From assembly GCA_030264375.1 (NCBI GenBank), contig JASCQW010000133.1, forward strand, positions 44,466,608-44,529,132: DNA of 62,525 nucleotides, written 5' to 3'. The notes under the pieces were generated by a model. It had not been told where the DNA came from. It did not search any database and saw only the letters and a list, made by a program, of their open reading frames with translations. Origin of the DNA: Carcharhinus longimanus (Eukaryota). The translations under genes and the position numbers were made by a program. Shown here in pieces: positions 25,280 through 38,100 of this stretch. The first letter of the stretch is position 1. Every line of letters begins with the position of its first letter.

Positions 25280-25650
25280 TCATGCAAACCAGCCTCCCAT
25301 CCGTTGACTGTTTACACTTCCTGCTGCCTCGGAAAAAAGCCAGCATAATCAAGGACCCTATGCACCCCAGGCATTCTCTCTTCCACCTTCTTCCATCGAG
25401 AAAAAGGTACAAAAGTCTGAAGTCATGTACCAAAGGGCTCAAGAACAGCTTCTTCCCTGCTGCTGTCAGACTTTTGAATGGACTCACCTTGCACTAAGTT
25501 GATCTTTCTCTGCACCCTAGCTATAACTGTAACACTACATTCTGCATTCTCTCGTTTCCTTCTCTATGAATGGTATGCTATGTCTGTATAGCGCACAAGA
25601 AACAATACTTTCCACTGTATGCTAATACATGTGACAATAATAAATCAAAT
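25280..25650 (+). mobile_element. Rex1/Babar LINE 3' fragment
   Basis: KASIIKDPMHPRHSLFHLLPSRKRYKSLKSCTKGLKNSFFPAAVRLLN followed by the shared 3' UTR. Confidence 0.9.
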
Positions 25651-26302
25651 CTTTGATGCGGGCCTACTTACAAGTCAGTACTTGCTAAGCTAACTGGTTC
25701 AAACCTTAAAAGGAGGTATCTCAGTTTGTTAGGACTGTTCCATTTCTAAGTTCTTGCAGACTTACACATGCCTTTCATAGCTGGACAAAATGATAAAGGT
25801 TTGACTTCTAACTTGCCCCCACACTCGATGAGGCTCAACTGGTTGATATTATCTCAGATTAGAAAACTTGCCACCCACATGGTCTGATCAACCAAGCCTG
25901 GACTATGTTAAGTGAAAAGGGGCCATTCTCACACATCACCTGTGTTTATGCAGTAGAACGATTTCAATAAACTCCCTGTTTATTTTAACGCTGTCATACA
26001 TGGAAAACACCATCTTCACAGCTATTTCTCCAAGATTTGATTTTTTATGTGCTGAATTATAACCTGCGATCTGAAAGGTTGTATGTTACGATTTAACTCC
26101 TGTCAAGTTGAGTTTTACTTAGTACAAAAGTTACCCAAACATCCTCTTGGGTTCAGCAATCAAATATCAAGAAACATAACAACCAAATTATATCATATAA
26201 AATGGCACATTTATCACAGAATATCTGAAAAAGAATTATTACATTAATGAGTCTTATCAATGTATCTCAATGTTTGTTCACATGGATTGAAAATACCCAT
26301 TT

Positions 26303-26620
26303 TGTGGATATGCTGGTGTTGGACTGGGGTAAACACAGTATAAAGTCAGACAACACCAGGTTTAAGTCCAACCGATTTATTTGATAGTAAACTCACTAGC
26401 TTTCGAGGTTTCCCTGTAAAGATTCGCATTCTAATCAGTAATCTGTAAACTGTCTGTGCTTTATATGCTCTTTGAGGCCAGAACTCTCCATTCACCTGAA
26501 GAAGAGGGAAACCTCGAAAGCTAGTGAGTTTACTATCAAATAAATCAGTTGGACTTAAACCTGGTGTCGTCAGACTTTTTACTGTGTTTACCCCAGTCCA
26601 ACCCCGGCATATCCACATCA
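26303..26620. mobile_element. Palindromic Penelope-like relic (family A variant) with ~113-bp inverted arms
   Basis: 26303-26416 is the near-perfect reverse complement of 26505-26617. The arms match the terminus of the GIY-YIG-bearing copy. Confidence 0.85.
26491..26528 (+). ncRNA. Minimal type I hammerhead ribozyme motif in a Penelope pLTR
   Basis: TCAC-CTGAAGA-a-GAGG-gaaa-CCTC-GAAA-GC-TA-GTGA gives stem I (TCAC/GTGA), the CUGANGA core, stem II with a GNRA loop, GAAA, a palindromic AGCT minimal stem III and a CUA cleavage triplet. Confidence 0.75.
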
Positions 26621-28210
26621 TGGAACAAGCTGCCGGAGGTAGTGGTAGAGGCGGGTACAATTTTGTATTTTAAAAAGCGTTTAGACATGGGTAAGATGGG
26701 TATAGAGGTATATGGGCCAAACACGGGAAATTGGGACTAGCTTAGTAGTAAAACTGGGCGGCATGGACAAGTTGGGCCAAAGGGCCTGTTTCCATGCTGT
26801 AAACCTCTATGACTTTTAAGTTCCTACTGTTTCCTTCTTTGGTTTGGTGTGAGTTTTTGTCTGATGAATGTTTTGAGATGTTTTCTATGTGAATCCTGCC
26901 ATAAGCTCGCGAGTTGTATCTGTGATATTGTTGATTCCTTGTAAAGCCTTGTAGGCTTCACTCCTAAACACATCCTTCTTACATTGGGAACACACAATCC
27001 TTCATACCTTGGTCTTAAGCTGCATGGATTGCTGGAGTACAAATCCTGCTACATTTTCTCTGTACAAACCTTGAAGCTTTGGGCTGATGTTAATTTGGGT
27101 GGTAGTGTCTTGACGGTGGTCCAGAGAGCCTGGGATTGCTCTGCCACGACTGATTCTAGGAGTGTTAACATTGAATCATAACATTGCTACTGGCAAGTGA
27201 CAAGAATTGGCAATGGGATCAGTCTTGATCCAATGAGATTAGGGAAAATATTGTAGATATCAGATTAACAATAATGTAAAGGGTAATGGGGGTAACGGCT
27301 GCAAAAGGCACTAAGATGTCCAATCAGCCATGATTATATTGAATGGTAGAGTAGGCTTGATGGGCTGAATGGCCTACTCCTGTTCCTATGTGTTATGTAT
27401 CGTAAAGCAACAAATCGTTGTGTGTTTAGGCACATGATGTGCTGTGATGTCACCAGAGGCATTTGCAGATTTTTATCTCTCTTCCATATTGGATTGCAGT
27501 CAGGTAACAGCTCTTAAATAAACCTGTGCTATTGGTCCAAAACCCAGCGTGGTACCTTGTCATCCTTTGTCTTGTTCTACTGGTCAAAGCATCCAATATT
27601 TGTACTATCTTTTGGTTTTGTAAGGGGGCTTGGAGTATATTTCTGACAGTATACCTAAAGTAGTGTAAGGTGGGCCGTGGTAATTTTCTGGCAATGGGTT
27701 TAAGGGATTTTTATAATCGCTGGACAAAACATCATAGAAAGTAGGAGCTTGAGGAGGCCATTTGGCCCGTTAAGCCTGCTCCACCATTCATTATGATCAT
27801 GGCTGATCATCCAATTCAATAACCTGATTCCCCCCCTCCCCGCCATATCCTCTGATCCCCTTCGCCCCATGTGCTATATCTAACTGCTTTCAATGTTTTG
27901 GCCTCAGCTGCTTTCTGTGGTAGCAAATTCCATAGGCTAGCCACTGTCTGGGAGAAGAAATTTCTCCTCCTCTCTGTCCTAAGCGGTCTACCCTGTATCC
28001 TCAGACTGTGACCCAGAGGAATCTCACTCTCTTGTTCCATTTGAGAGATTAAGAGAAAATTGGCATATTGTTTTACTTGAATTGCGTTTCCCTGCAGAAT
28101 GATTACATTGTCTTTTGTCATGGATCGTAACTCAGGCCAGACATCCATCCTGCTCTGGCGTGTTGACAAACTGTGAACAATTTATCAAATTACATCAGAT
28201 TGAAACTTAC

Positions 28211-28300
28211 CTGATGAAGCTTCTTGTCCCATTCTGTGTTTTCAGGCATTCCTTTGAGACTTGGTGGAATGTACCAGAAACACACATTGGTGTGCTCGGG
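28211..28300 (-). CDS. Glutamate decarboxylase (GAD1/GAD3-like; paralog unresolved), penultimate coding exon, 90 nt: [30 protein letters not shown]
   Basis: Acceptor 'ctgttccttctcag|CCC' and donor 'CAG|gtaagt', phase 0-0. [12 protein letters not shown] is the GAD C-terminal-domain motif. The exon has 19/30 identities and the same length as the recalled human GAD1 exon ([30 protein letters not shown]) and is less similar to GADL1 or CSAD. Confidence 0.92.
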
Positions 28301-30199
28301 CTGAGAAGGAACAGGTAAGTAGACAAAATACTTGTTGTTATTCAAAAGTAGTTACAGAAAACTGCCCATGAATGTGCCATTCCGTTCACTTAATGGACAC
28401 TTTTAGCACCTTTCTCAGCTTTCATCTTCACCATTTACATTTCTTTTGTCCAATTACAGAACCAGCCATACCCCCACCCTCATGGTACAAATCTTGTCTG
28501 ATTCTCTTCGCTACCAGTTCTGAGGAAGAATCTCCCAGACTCAGAAACTTTGTCTCTATTCTCTCTCCACAGATGCTGTCAGACCTGCTGAGATTTTCCA
28601 GCATGTTCTGTCTTTGTTTCAGATTCCAGCATCCGTATTTTTTGCCTTTACGTTTCCCAGTGGTAACGGTGAAAGCCTAAAGAAAGAACTTCTGCCTCCC
28701 CTCAGAGACTGAAAAGGTGAATCATATGGAGAGATACAGAAGAGAAGATAAAAAAAAGATGTTTNNNNNNNNNNNNNNNNNNNNNNNNNNNNNNNNNNNN
28801 NNNNNNNNNNNNNNNNNNNNNNNNNNNNNNNNNNNNNNNNNNNNNNNNNNNNNNNNNNNNNNNNTTTGAAAAGCTGTTATATTTGTATGCTAAACTTCTT
28901 GTTAGTTGTGACTGGGAAAATTTGAGTAAAAGGAACACTAAAATAAACTGTGCGAAAATAAAAATGGACATTGTAGTAGCATAATTATGCAGGTTTTAGA
29001 TTTGCAATTCTGCACACCACTCTTTTGTTGCAGTAGTGGGAAAGCTAGTGAGCGCCCAGTGGGCAGAAGTAAAGAAAATTGATTTCAAAGATTTAAAATT
29101 TCCACATGCAATGAGTTGCAGATAGGCAGTTAGAGGGGCCAGGGAGCATGCTGGTTTTCATTAGTCATAGATTATGTGTGGCACAGAAAAGTGGGATTTT
29201 CTTAAAAAGCTTTACCCAAAATAAATAAAGCAAAATCATACTATAACAAGATATGGTCCAACAAGTGGTTCAGGATAATCATATCAAATGGTATAATGGG
29301 ATTGTAAAGTAATTTTAGAATCTCCAAAATATGAATCATGCAAAGAACAGCAGAATATCATAAATCAATATGCCATGCAGAATACAATATCTGTTGTATC
29401 ACCAGAAGTTAAAAGATAATGCTTTGGACGCCAAAGGATCGATCAATAATGACACAAATGATTTCAATGTCTTCAGATTCCAAAGCAAAAACAAACTTGA
29501 GAGGGGAATGGCAACATCAACAGAATGCTGGCAGGGAAGATGAGAGGAGTTTTACCTTCTCATATTACAACAGCTGAATAAGTTTTCAGCTTTGAGAAGT
29601 CCATAAATTAATGTCAGTGTAACAGTCAACACGTGTAATAATCAACGGATTAACATAGTATTTGCATGAACAAGGATTTTCCATGTCAGCCAACAGCTTC
29701 CAAATCACTGCTGAGAAATTTGGTTTTCCAGCAGAATTCGTACTTGATGTGATGGGCAATGCAGCAATTGCTGCCTTCTCAATATCAATATCAATATACT
29801 GAAGTGCAGCCCAACCTTCTGTAAGTGAGCCAATTAAAAATATCACACAACATAATTTGCCATTTGGCATGATTGTGCAATAACTTCACAACTAAAATTT
29901 TCCATAAGCATTTGAGCATAGGTATGCATCGCCAGAGATGTTGTTAAATACACAGACACATAAATGATTAGCATTGAGAAGAAATGATACCAAAAACACA
30001 AGAAAGTCAGTGTCATATACCAGTTAGAAATTTGTGCAAGGAGGATCATTTTATCACGCAAGTTAACTAGTGGGGAACAATTGTGGTCAGATCGGTTCTG
30101 TGCTTTACACACTTCCCAATTATACATTCCAGTCAGTTCAACAGAAAATAATGGTGGCTTGTAAAACAGCAACTGACTGCACAGTTTCCCACTTGGGGA

Positions 30200-31725
30200 G
30201 GGGGGAGCTGGAGTCAAACCTGGCACAAAGGAAGATGGTTGTGGTTAATCATCTCAGTTCCAAGACATCTCTGCTTGCCTTCTTCATGGTAGCGTCCTCT
30301 GTCCAACATTCATGGCTGCTTCAACGATCCCCCAGCCCAGTCAGAAGTCCGAAAGTCAGAAGTGAGGCTGTTCACTGATGACTGTACAATGTCCAGCACC
30401 ACTGACAACTCCTAAGCAACTAAAGTAGTCCATGCCTAAATACAACTAGGTCTGAACAATCATGCAAACCAACCTCCCATCCGTTGATTCTGTCTACATT
30501 TCCTGCTGCTAGCATAATCAAGGGCCCCATGCACACTGGACATACTCTCTTCCACCTTCTTCCGTTGGGATAAAGATACAAAAATCTGAGGACACGTACC
30601 AGTTGATTCAACAACAGCTTCTTCTCTGCTGCCATTAGACTTTTGAATGCAACTACCTCATATTAAGTTGATCTTTCTTTATACCTTCGCTATGACTGTA
30701 ACATGACATTCTGCACTCTCTCCTTTCATTCTCTACATATGGTATGCTTTGTCTGTAAAGCGTGCAAGAAACAACTCTTTTCACGGTATACTAATACATG
30801 CAAGAAGTCTCACAACACCAGGTTAAAGTCTAACAGGTTTATTTGGTAACAAATGCCGCTAGCTTTCGGAGTGCTGCTCCTTCGTCGGGTGAGTGGGGAG
30901 TTCTGATCACAAACCTAATACATATGGTAATAATAAATCAATATCCAGGCTTGGGATGGCAAGTGGCAGGTAACATTTGTGCCACATATGTGCAAAGCAA
31001 TGACCATCTCCAACAAGAGAAATGTAATTATCAGCCCTTAATATTTAATGCCATTACCACTGCTGAGTTCCACCAATCAACATCCTGAGGGTTACTTTTG
31101 ACCAGAAACTGAACTGGACTGGCCACATAAATACAACTGCTATGGGGTCAGAGGTTAGGAATCCTGCAGCAAGTAACTTACCTACTGACTCCCCAAAACC
31201 TGTCAGCATCCACGAGGAACAAGTCAGGAGTGTGATGAAGTACTCTCCCCTTGCCTGGATGAGTGCAGCTTCAACAACATTCCAGAAGCTCGACACAATC
31301 CTGCATAAATGCAGCCTGCTTGATTGTCACCTCATCCACAAACATTCACTCCCTCCACCAGCGATGCACAGCCATGTGTACCACCTACAAGGGCATTGTA
31401 GGACCACAACAAGTCTCCTTAGACAGCACCTTCCAAATCCGCTGTTCTGGTAAGTGTTGCATATCAGTGAAATGCATTACAAAAGGACACGGTTAGCAGA
31501 CACAGGACAACACCAGCACTTGAAAGTGCTTCTCCATGTCACTCACCAAGCTGACTTGGAAATATGTTGTTCCTTCAGTGTCGCTCAACCCAAATCTTGG
31601 AACTCTTTCCCTAACAGCATAGTGGGTGCACCTAAACCACATGGACTGCAACAGTTCAAAAAGGCAGCTCACCACTGCCTTCTCAAGGGCAATAAAAGCT
31701 GGCCCACATCCTAAGAATGAATTTT
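30200..31725 (+). mobile_element. CR1/L2-group LINE RT and 3' tail, with nested Rex1 (~30459-30940) that itself contains a Penelope relic (30800-30914)
   Basis: RT remnants (LFTDDCT, NIQAW, QVRSVMKYSPLAWMSAASTTFQKLDTI) resume after the Rex1 3' UTR. CTAATACAT flanks the Penelope piece (30791-99 and 30915-23). Confidence 0.85.
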
Positions 31726-33453
31726 TAAAAAGCAATTGCATGTTGACTTCATTGTGGAATGAATCACAAGGGGGACAGACGGGATGGGACGGGACACTAC
31801 ATTTACAGAGCATTTATCAGCTCAGAAATACCCCCAAGCATTCCAGATAAATTATACTGTGCAATTACTTTAAGGTGGAAATACCAATGCCAAGGAATCA
31901 GCTCACGCTATTGCACAGATTGAGAAATAACCCAAAGCTTCTAATGGGAAAGCCAAATATTTTACAAATACAACCAAGACAGTTTCAGATAGATACAGGT
32001 GCATAAAATTAAAATGACAAGTCAGCGAATGACAGAACTTTGCATAAAGCTGTCTCTTTCGCACTGAAAGTTTACAGTATAGCATAGTGTAAAAATGATA
32101 ATTTCAACGCAAGTAGACACGACCAACTACTCAATAAATATAGCAGCATTTAATTCAAACAGCTTCCATTTTGCTAGAATATGGATGGGATTTCATGACA
32201 CTGACCCCTAGTTGACAATAAACTTGGAAAGAATGTTAGTCTGCAGTACAGTTGTCTAAATCAAAATAAAGCCGAAGGACAGCCTATCATTTTCCCATTA
32301 AATCTTGTAAAAGACAGAAAGCGTTGCAGAGCTGTAGGCCTGGACAAGTTGCTGCACTTCATTATATGGAGCATGTCATTTTCCTGTGCACAACAAATCT
32401 ATCAAGTGACCCAGTCCATGAAATCTCAAGCCCAGTAGTAACAGAACATGCTTCTTTGCTGCAGTCTCACTTGTCAAATCGAATACAAACACTGCTTCAT
32501 CATTTCAAGGCAGCAACAGTTATTGAATCCATCAAACTCACTGACTCGTAAACAATGCACACCCTGCTGTTAGTATTTCACAATATGAAGGTTTTATTAA
32601 AAATAATTTTTGGAAAAGGACAAGTTAATATGACATTTATTGTGACTCATTTCACTGGCATGCAACACTTCCCGTAACAGTAATTCTGCACTATATTGCA
32701 TCACAGAGAATATACTTACAATCTGCTTTTATTAATTATCAGTTTAAATATTCAAACATTAAGTTAAGTAACCCCAACAGCAAACTGATATGGCAGACTT
32801 CACTACTTCTCAGCAAAGGTGCTGAGTGGTGCAGTCATTATCAAGTAATTGAATCAGTGGATTAATTACCTTGATCCACAATTTTTATTGAAATTCACTC
32901 CTTCCTTCATGCTACGATAACAAGACTGAAAGACAAAACTAAATCTCTTATATAAAGAAACATGGAAACTGGAAACAGGAGTAGGCCATTCAGCCCTTTG
33001 AGTCTACTCTGCCATTCATTTTGATCATGGCTGATCATCGAATTCAATATCCTGATCCGCCCTTTCCCCCAATATCTCTTTTGCTTCCTGTAGCCCCAAG
33101 AGCTATATAAAAACTTCTACAAGTGGAAAGAAAAATAGTGAAAAGCTGCTAGGGAAAATGAAAGGAGATGGGAAGACTGATAAAGAGGACATGAGAACAG
33201 GAGGTATTGGCAAAGTAGAGAAATCTGAAGAGGGTCATAGTTAAAATGATGGGCATCGATGGTGGACTGGAGATAAATTAATCTGTTTTCAGAGGTCTGC
33301 ATGACTATATTAATAGAAGAGATTGCTTTTGTCAGGTGATAAATAGAGCTGGGAAAAGAGAGTGGGTATGAAAAGGTTTTTACAATGTGAGGACATGGCT
33401 GAGGCTCATTACAAGAAGGCAGGTCAAGTTTTGAGGTGTTCATTAATGTTTCA

Positions 33454-33790
33454 GGGCAGCATGGTGACACGCAGGTTTGCACTGCTGCCTCTTAGCTCCA
33501 GGGACCTGGGTTCCATTCCCGACTTGGGTCACTCTCTGTGTGGAGTTTGCATGTTCTCCCATTGTCTGCATGGGTTTCCTCCGGGTGCTCCAGTTTCTTC
33601 CTACAGTCCAAAGATGTGCAGGTTAGATTGATTGTCCATGCTAAATTGTCCCTTAGCATCCCGGGATGCATAGGTTAGAGGGATTAGCAGGATAAATATA
33701 TGGGTGACGTGGATAGGGCCTGGGTGGGTTGTTATTGGTGCAGCTTCAATGGGCCGAATGGCCTCTTTCTGGACTGTAGGGTTTCTATGA
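33454..33790 (+). mobile_element. HE1-type V-SINE
   Basis: Head, V-domain and tail as in the other copies. Confidence 0.9.
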
Positions 33791-34479
33791 TAACAGCTAG
33801 GAGTGGGTCTAAGAGGATAATGTGGAAGTAGAAGAAAGCACCATTCACAACAAAATGAATTTGACCGAGGAAGTTCAACAGAGGGTTAAGTAGTAAACCA
33901 CCTCACTATACAGCCTCCGGTGAAAAAACATCATCGAAACCAAAGTCAGTTTGGAGAGATTTGATAGTCAAAAGTAGAAAGTTTTCATGGTCTTTTAAGG
34001 CAGAGACATAGAACCACCACCACCTCAGTCAGAGAGGATGCTGAGTGATTTTTGGCCAGCATGTTCAGAACTGCAAACAGGTCAGAATCCCAACTAGGTT
34101 TCCTGACACAGTATGTGGATAAGCCTACGAGGGGAGAGGCTGTACTTGACCTGGTACTGGCGAATGAACCAGNNNNNNNNNNNNNNNNNNNNNNNNNNNN
34201 NNNNNNNNNNNNNNNNNNNNNNNNNNNNNNNNNNNNNNNNNNNNNNNNNNNNNNNNNNNNNNNNNNNNNNNNTTGGTAGGTGTTGATGTGATCAGCGCAA
34301 CTCATGGGCCGAAGGGCCTGTTTGTGCTGTAGTGTTCTATGTTCTATGTTCTAGACTTCCTTGACCAGAAAGTAATGGAGAAAGTTGAAGCAAGTCTAAG
34401 AAAGATTAGATATCCCAGGAATTTAGAAGAAGAAAGAAAGATTGTAGTTTAAGCAGTGGCTAGAGAAAACTGGAGACAT

Positions 34480-34985
34480 GGTAATTGAAGGAGTCCAGCG
34501 AAGGTTCACCAGACTGATTCCTGGAATAGCAGTACTGACATATGAAGAGAGACTCGATTGACTGAGCTCAAACTCACTGGAACTTAGAATGAGAGGGGAT
34601 CCCAAAACCATATAAAATCCTGATGGAGCTGGATAAGCTAGATGTGGGAAGAATGTTTCCGATGTTGGGGAAGTGCAGAACTAGGGGTCACAGTTTAAGA
34701 ATAAGGGGTATGTCATTCAAGACTGAGATAAGGAAGGACTTCTTCACAGTTGTGAGCCTGTGGAATTCCCCACCACAGAAAACTTTTGCGGCCAGTTCGT
34801 TAGATATGTTCAAGAGGGAGCTGGACGTCACCCTTGTGGCTAAAGGGATCAAACGGTATGGAGAGAAAGCAGGAGTGGGATACTGAAAGTGCATGATCAA
34901 CCATGAATCACATTGAATGTTGGTGCAGGCTCGAAGAGCCGAATGGCTTCCCCTGCAGCTATTTTTTATGATTCTATGCCTATGT
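34480..34985 (+). mobile_element. CR1 LINE 3' fragment
   Basis: VQRRFTRLIPG...LDKLDVGRMFPMLGKCRTRGHSLRIRG...FKRELDV followed by the tail. Confidence 0.92.
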
Positions 34986-35019
34986 AACAAATGACATTCT
35001 CTTCACTGTTGCCATGGTG

Positions 35020-35600
35020 CAATATCTGTTTCCATACAAATTGCAGACTTTTACCTCATCAACCACACTATCCTCCTCAATACCCTCAATTTTGCAGCTC
35101 AATGGGACTGCCTTCACCTGTTTTCACATTAATCTACTCAATTGTAACCAGAGCATCTCTAGCAGTGGTATTTCTTCCAACCTCCATACTTTTACTTTTT
35201 CACCTACATGCAGTTCTTGGCAACATAATTCAGAGAAATGCAGTCAGCTTCCATTTGTATCCCTATGACACTGTGCTTTATCTTCTGTCTCAGTGCTGCT
35301 CGAGATCCAGTCTTGGAATATTCCTCCAGCTAATTATTCAAGACCAAAGCTTCGTCTACTAGAAACTCGGCATACCAGCCAGCGACTTCACTCCCTCAAT
35401 GGCTATACTGGAACTACCATTGTCAACCTAATCCAAATTGACCATCTGGTCTCTCATCCCCTCCATCACAACAAGTACCTACTTCCATCTCCATCTCTAC
35501 CTTTATTCATTTGATTCTGAAATCCTCAACTATGCTACAGCGCCTCCAGGCTCAACTGCTTTAAAGCCTCTCATTCATAACTTCAAGCCATCCAAAACTG
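35020..35600 (+). mobile_element. Ancient L2 LINE RT relic (a similar relic lies at ~40170-41350)
   Basis: C/T-rich sequence with remnants resembling TLSSSIP..LQLNGTAFTCFH, LGNII...VSFHLYPYDTVLYL and FLQLII. Confidence 0.6.
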
Positions 35601-36544
35601 GGCTGCTCCTTCCACGGCCCTTGCCTCCAGCCCCATCTCTGACAAACTCTACACATCCGTGTTCAGCAACCTGTGGCCTGGGGCCACATCTGGGCCATCT
35701 GGATTCTGAGTGCATTTTGTTGACTGTCGCCCACATGCAGGGTTGTCACATTCCCTGATTTCCATCTGCATAATTGTTTCCCTACCGATATGACTGAAAT
35801 GATACACACATAAAGCAAGGTGCGTGATGATTACTCACAACATTGACTATGAGAGCTGTGCGTGCCTCCTGCGCCCAAAGTGTAAATACTTCTTTTGTTT
35901 TAACCATTTTAAGTTCTATTAATATATAAATGATTAAGCATTTTCTGTAACTTATGAGATAGTCTGTATTATATGCATTTAATCTTATTCAGGGGTCATA
36001 GCAAGTGAACAAGCCAGGTTTTAATCAATGAGATGAAGGCAGACCATTCATGCAGCCCTTCATTAGCCTAGATTGCCCATTACACCTATGGCTATGGCCT
36101 CTTGTGCATATCCTTACAGAAGAACATAAGGAACAGGAGCAAGGGTGGACTATAAAACTCCTTAAGCCTGCTCTACCAGTCCATTAATTTTCTGCCTCAA
36201 CTCCACTTTTCCACCCACTCCCCATGTCACTTGGTTCCCTAAAAATATTTCTCTTTCAACCTTGATGGAGCAATCACAACCCACTGTGGAAAGATTCAAA
36301 GAGTGAAGCAATGTCTCCTGACTTCAGTCTTAAATAATCAACCCCTTTTCATGAGACCATGTTCCTCTGTTCTTGATTCCCACAGCAACAGCCTCTGTAT
36401 GTACCCAGTCAATTGTATGTTTCAATTAGACCCCCCTTCATTCTTTAAACTTTGGAGAATACAGACTCAGCCTCTCACAGAAGACAAAACTCTCATCCCA
36501 GGAGCTAATCCAATAAACCTTTGATATACCCCCCAGACAAGGAT

Positions 36545-38100
36545 AAGACCATAAGATGTAGGAACAGTAGACCAGTCCATCAAAACTGTTCTGCCATTCA
36601 ATGAGATCATGATGCAATTCATCACTCAGCATAAATATTTCCCAGTGAGGAAACAATCTGAGGGGGAGATAAATCAACCATAGCTAACCAAGGAAGTAAA
36701 ATATCAAGTTGAAAAAAAGCATGCAAGGAATCTAAAGTCAGTGGTAGTCCCGAAGACTAGGATAAATTCAGAATTCAGTAAATGAGTACTAAAAAGGTAA
36801 TGAAGAGAGAGAAAATAAACTACAAGGGCAAACTAGCAAGGAACGTAATACCTGACAATAAGAACTTCTTTAAAAATATAAAACTGAAAAGACAGGTCAA
36901 AGCGAACATAGGCCCCTTAGCAAATTAATCTGGGAAGATAGTTATGGGGATCAAGGAAATGGCAAAGGAGTTAAACAGATATTTTGCATCAGTCTTTACA
37001 GTGGAAGATAATATCTCACTAATACTAAAGAATACAAGAGAGAAATTAATTAGAGAAACTAATGGGGCTAAAGGCAGGTAAGCTTCTTGGCCTTGATGCC
37101 TTGCATCCTAGGATCCTAAAAGATGTAGCTGCAGAGATAGTGGATGCCTTGGTTGCAATTTTTCAAAAATCCTTGGATTCTAGAGAAGTACTGGAACATT
37201 GGAAAACTGGCAATGTGACACTCCTATCCAAAAAGGGCAGGAGGTAAAAAGCAGGTAACTATAGGCCGATTAGCCTAATACTTATTGTTGAGAAAATATT
37301 GGAATCAATTAAGTATAGCAGCACACTTGAAGATCATAATCTATTCAAGCTGAGTCATTACGGCTTTGTGAAAGGGAAATTGTNNNNNNNNAATTTATTA
37401 GAATTTTTCAAGGAAGATGGACTTCCAGAAGGTGTTTGACAAGGTACTTCACAAAAGATTACATCCTAAGATAACAGTCAATGGTGTTGGAAGTAGTATA
37501 TTGGCATGGATAGAAAATTGGATACTGAGGAGGAAACAATGAGTGGGGATAAGGGATTCTTTATCAAGTTGGTGACCAGTGAGGTTCCACAGGGATCAAT
37601 GCTGGGGCCGCAACTGTTTGCAACTTATATTAACGACTTGGAAGAAGCGAGTGTACGATAGCAAAGTTTGCAGACGTCAGAAATATAAATGAAAAGGTAA
37701 GCTGGGATACAAAGAAAGGGATATTGATAGGTTAAGTAAGTGGGCAAAAAGTTGACAAATGGTGTATAATATGGGGCAAATGTGAAGCTGTTCATTTAGG
37801 GAGGGAGAACAAAAAAGAGAGTATTATTTAAGTGGAGAATAACCGCAGGAAGCTGCGAGACAAAGGGACTTGGGGGCACTTGTGTACGAAACACACAGGT
37901 GCAGCAGATAATAAGGAAGGCTAAAGGAAGGTTGGCCCTTATGTCAAGGGGGTTGGAATATAAGAGTGGGGAGGTCTTGCTGCAACTGTATAAGATACCA
38001 ATGAGACTACATCTGGAGTACTGCGTGCAGTTTAGGTGCCCTTATTTAAGGAAAGATTTTATTTTATTGCACGCAGTTTGGAGAAGGTTCACTCAGATTA
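36545..38100. mobile_element. CR1 LINE with apparent 5' inversion, nested in an older minus-strand CR1 (36120-36540 and 38101-38290)
   Basis: A minus-strand tail at 36545-36610 is followed by plus-strand ORF2 (LHPRILKDVAAEIVDAL, DFQKVFDKV, VPQGSMLGPQLF, FADV, LEYCVQF, RRFTQI). Confidence 0.8.

Noticed and set aside
26825-27570. Possible Gypsy gag zinc-knuckle remnant and LTR-like segment
   Set aside because: Too degraded: no clean CCHC motif, paired LTR, PBS or PPT, and the two pieces disagree in orientation.
32870-32925. 56-nt minus-strand exon candidate (SCYRSMKEGVNFNKNCGS)
   Set aside because: Plausible splice sites but no recognisable protein, not a GAD exon, and expected by chance.
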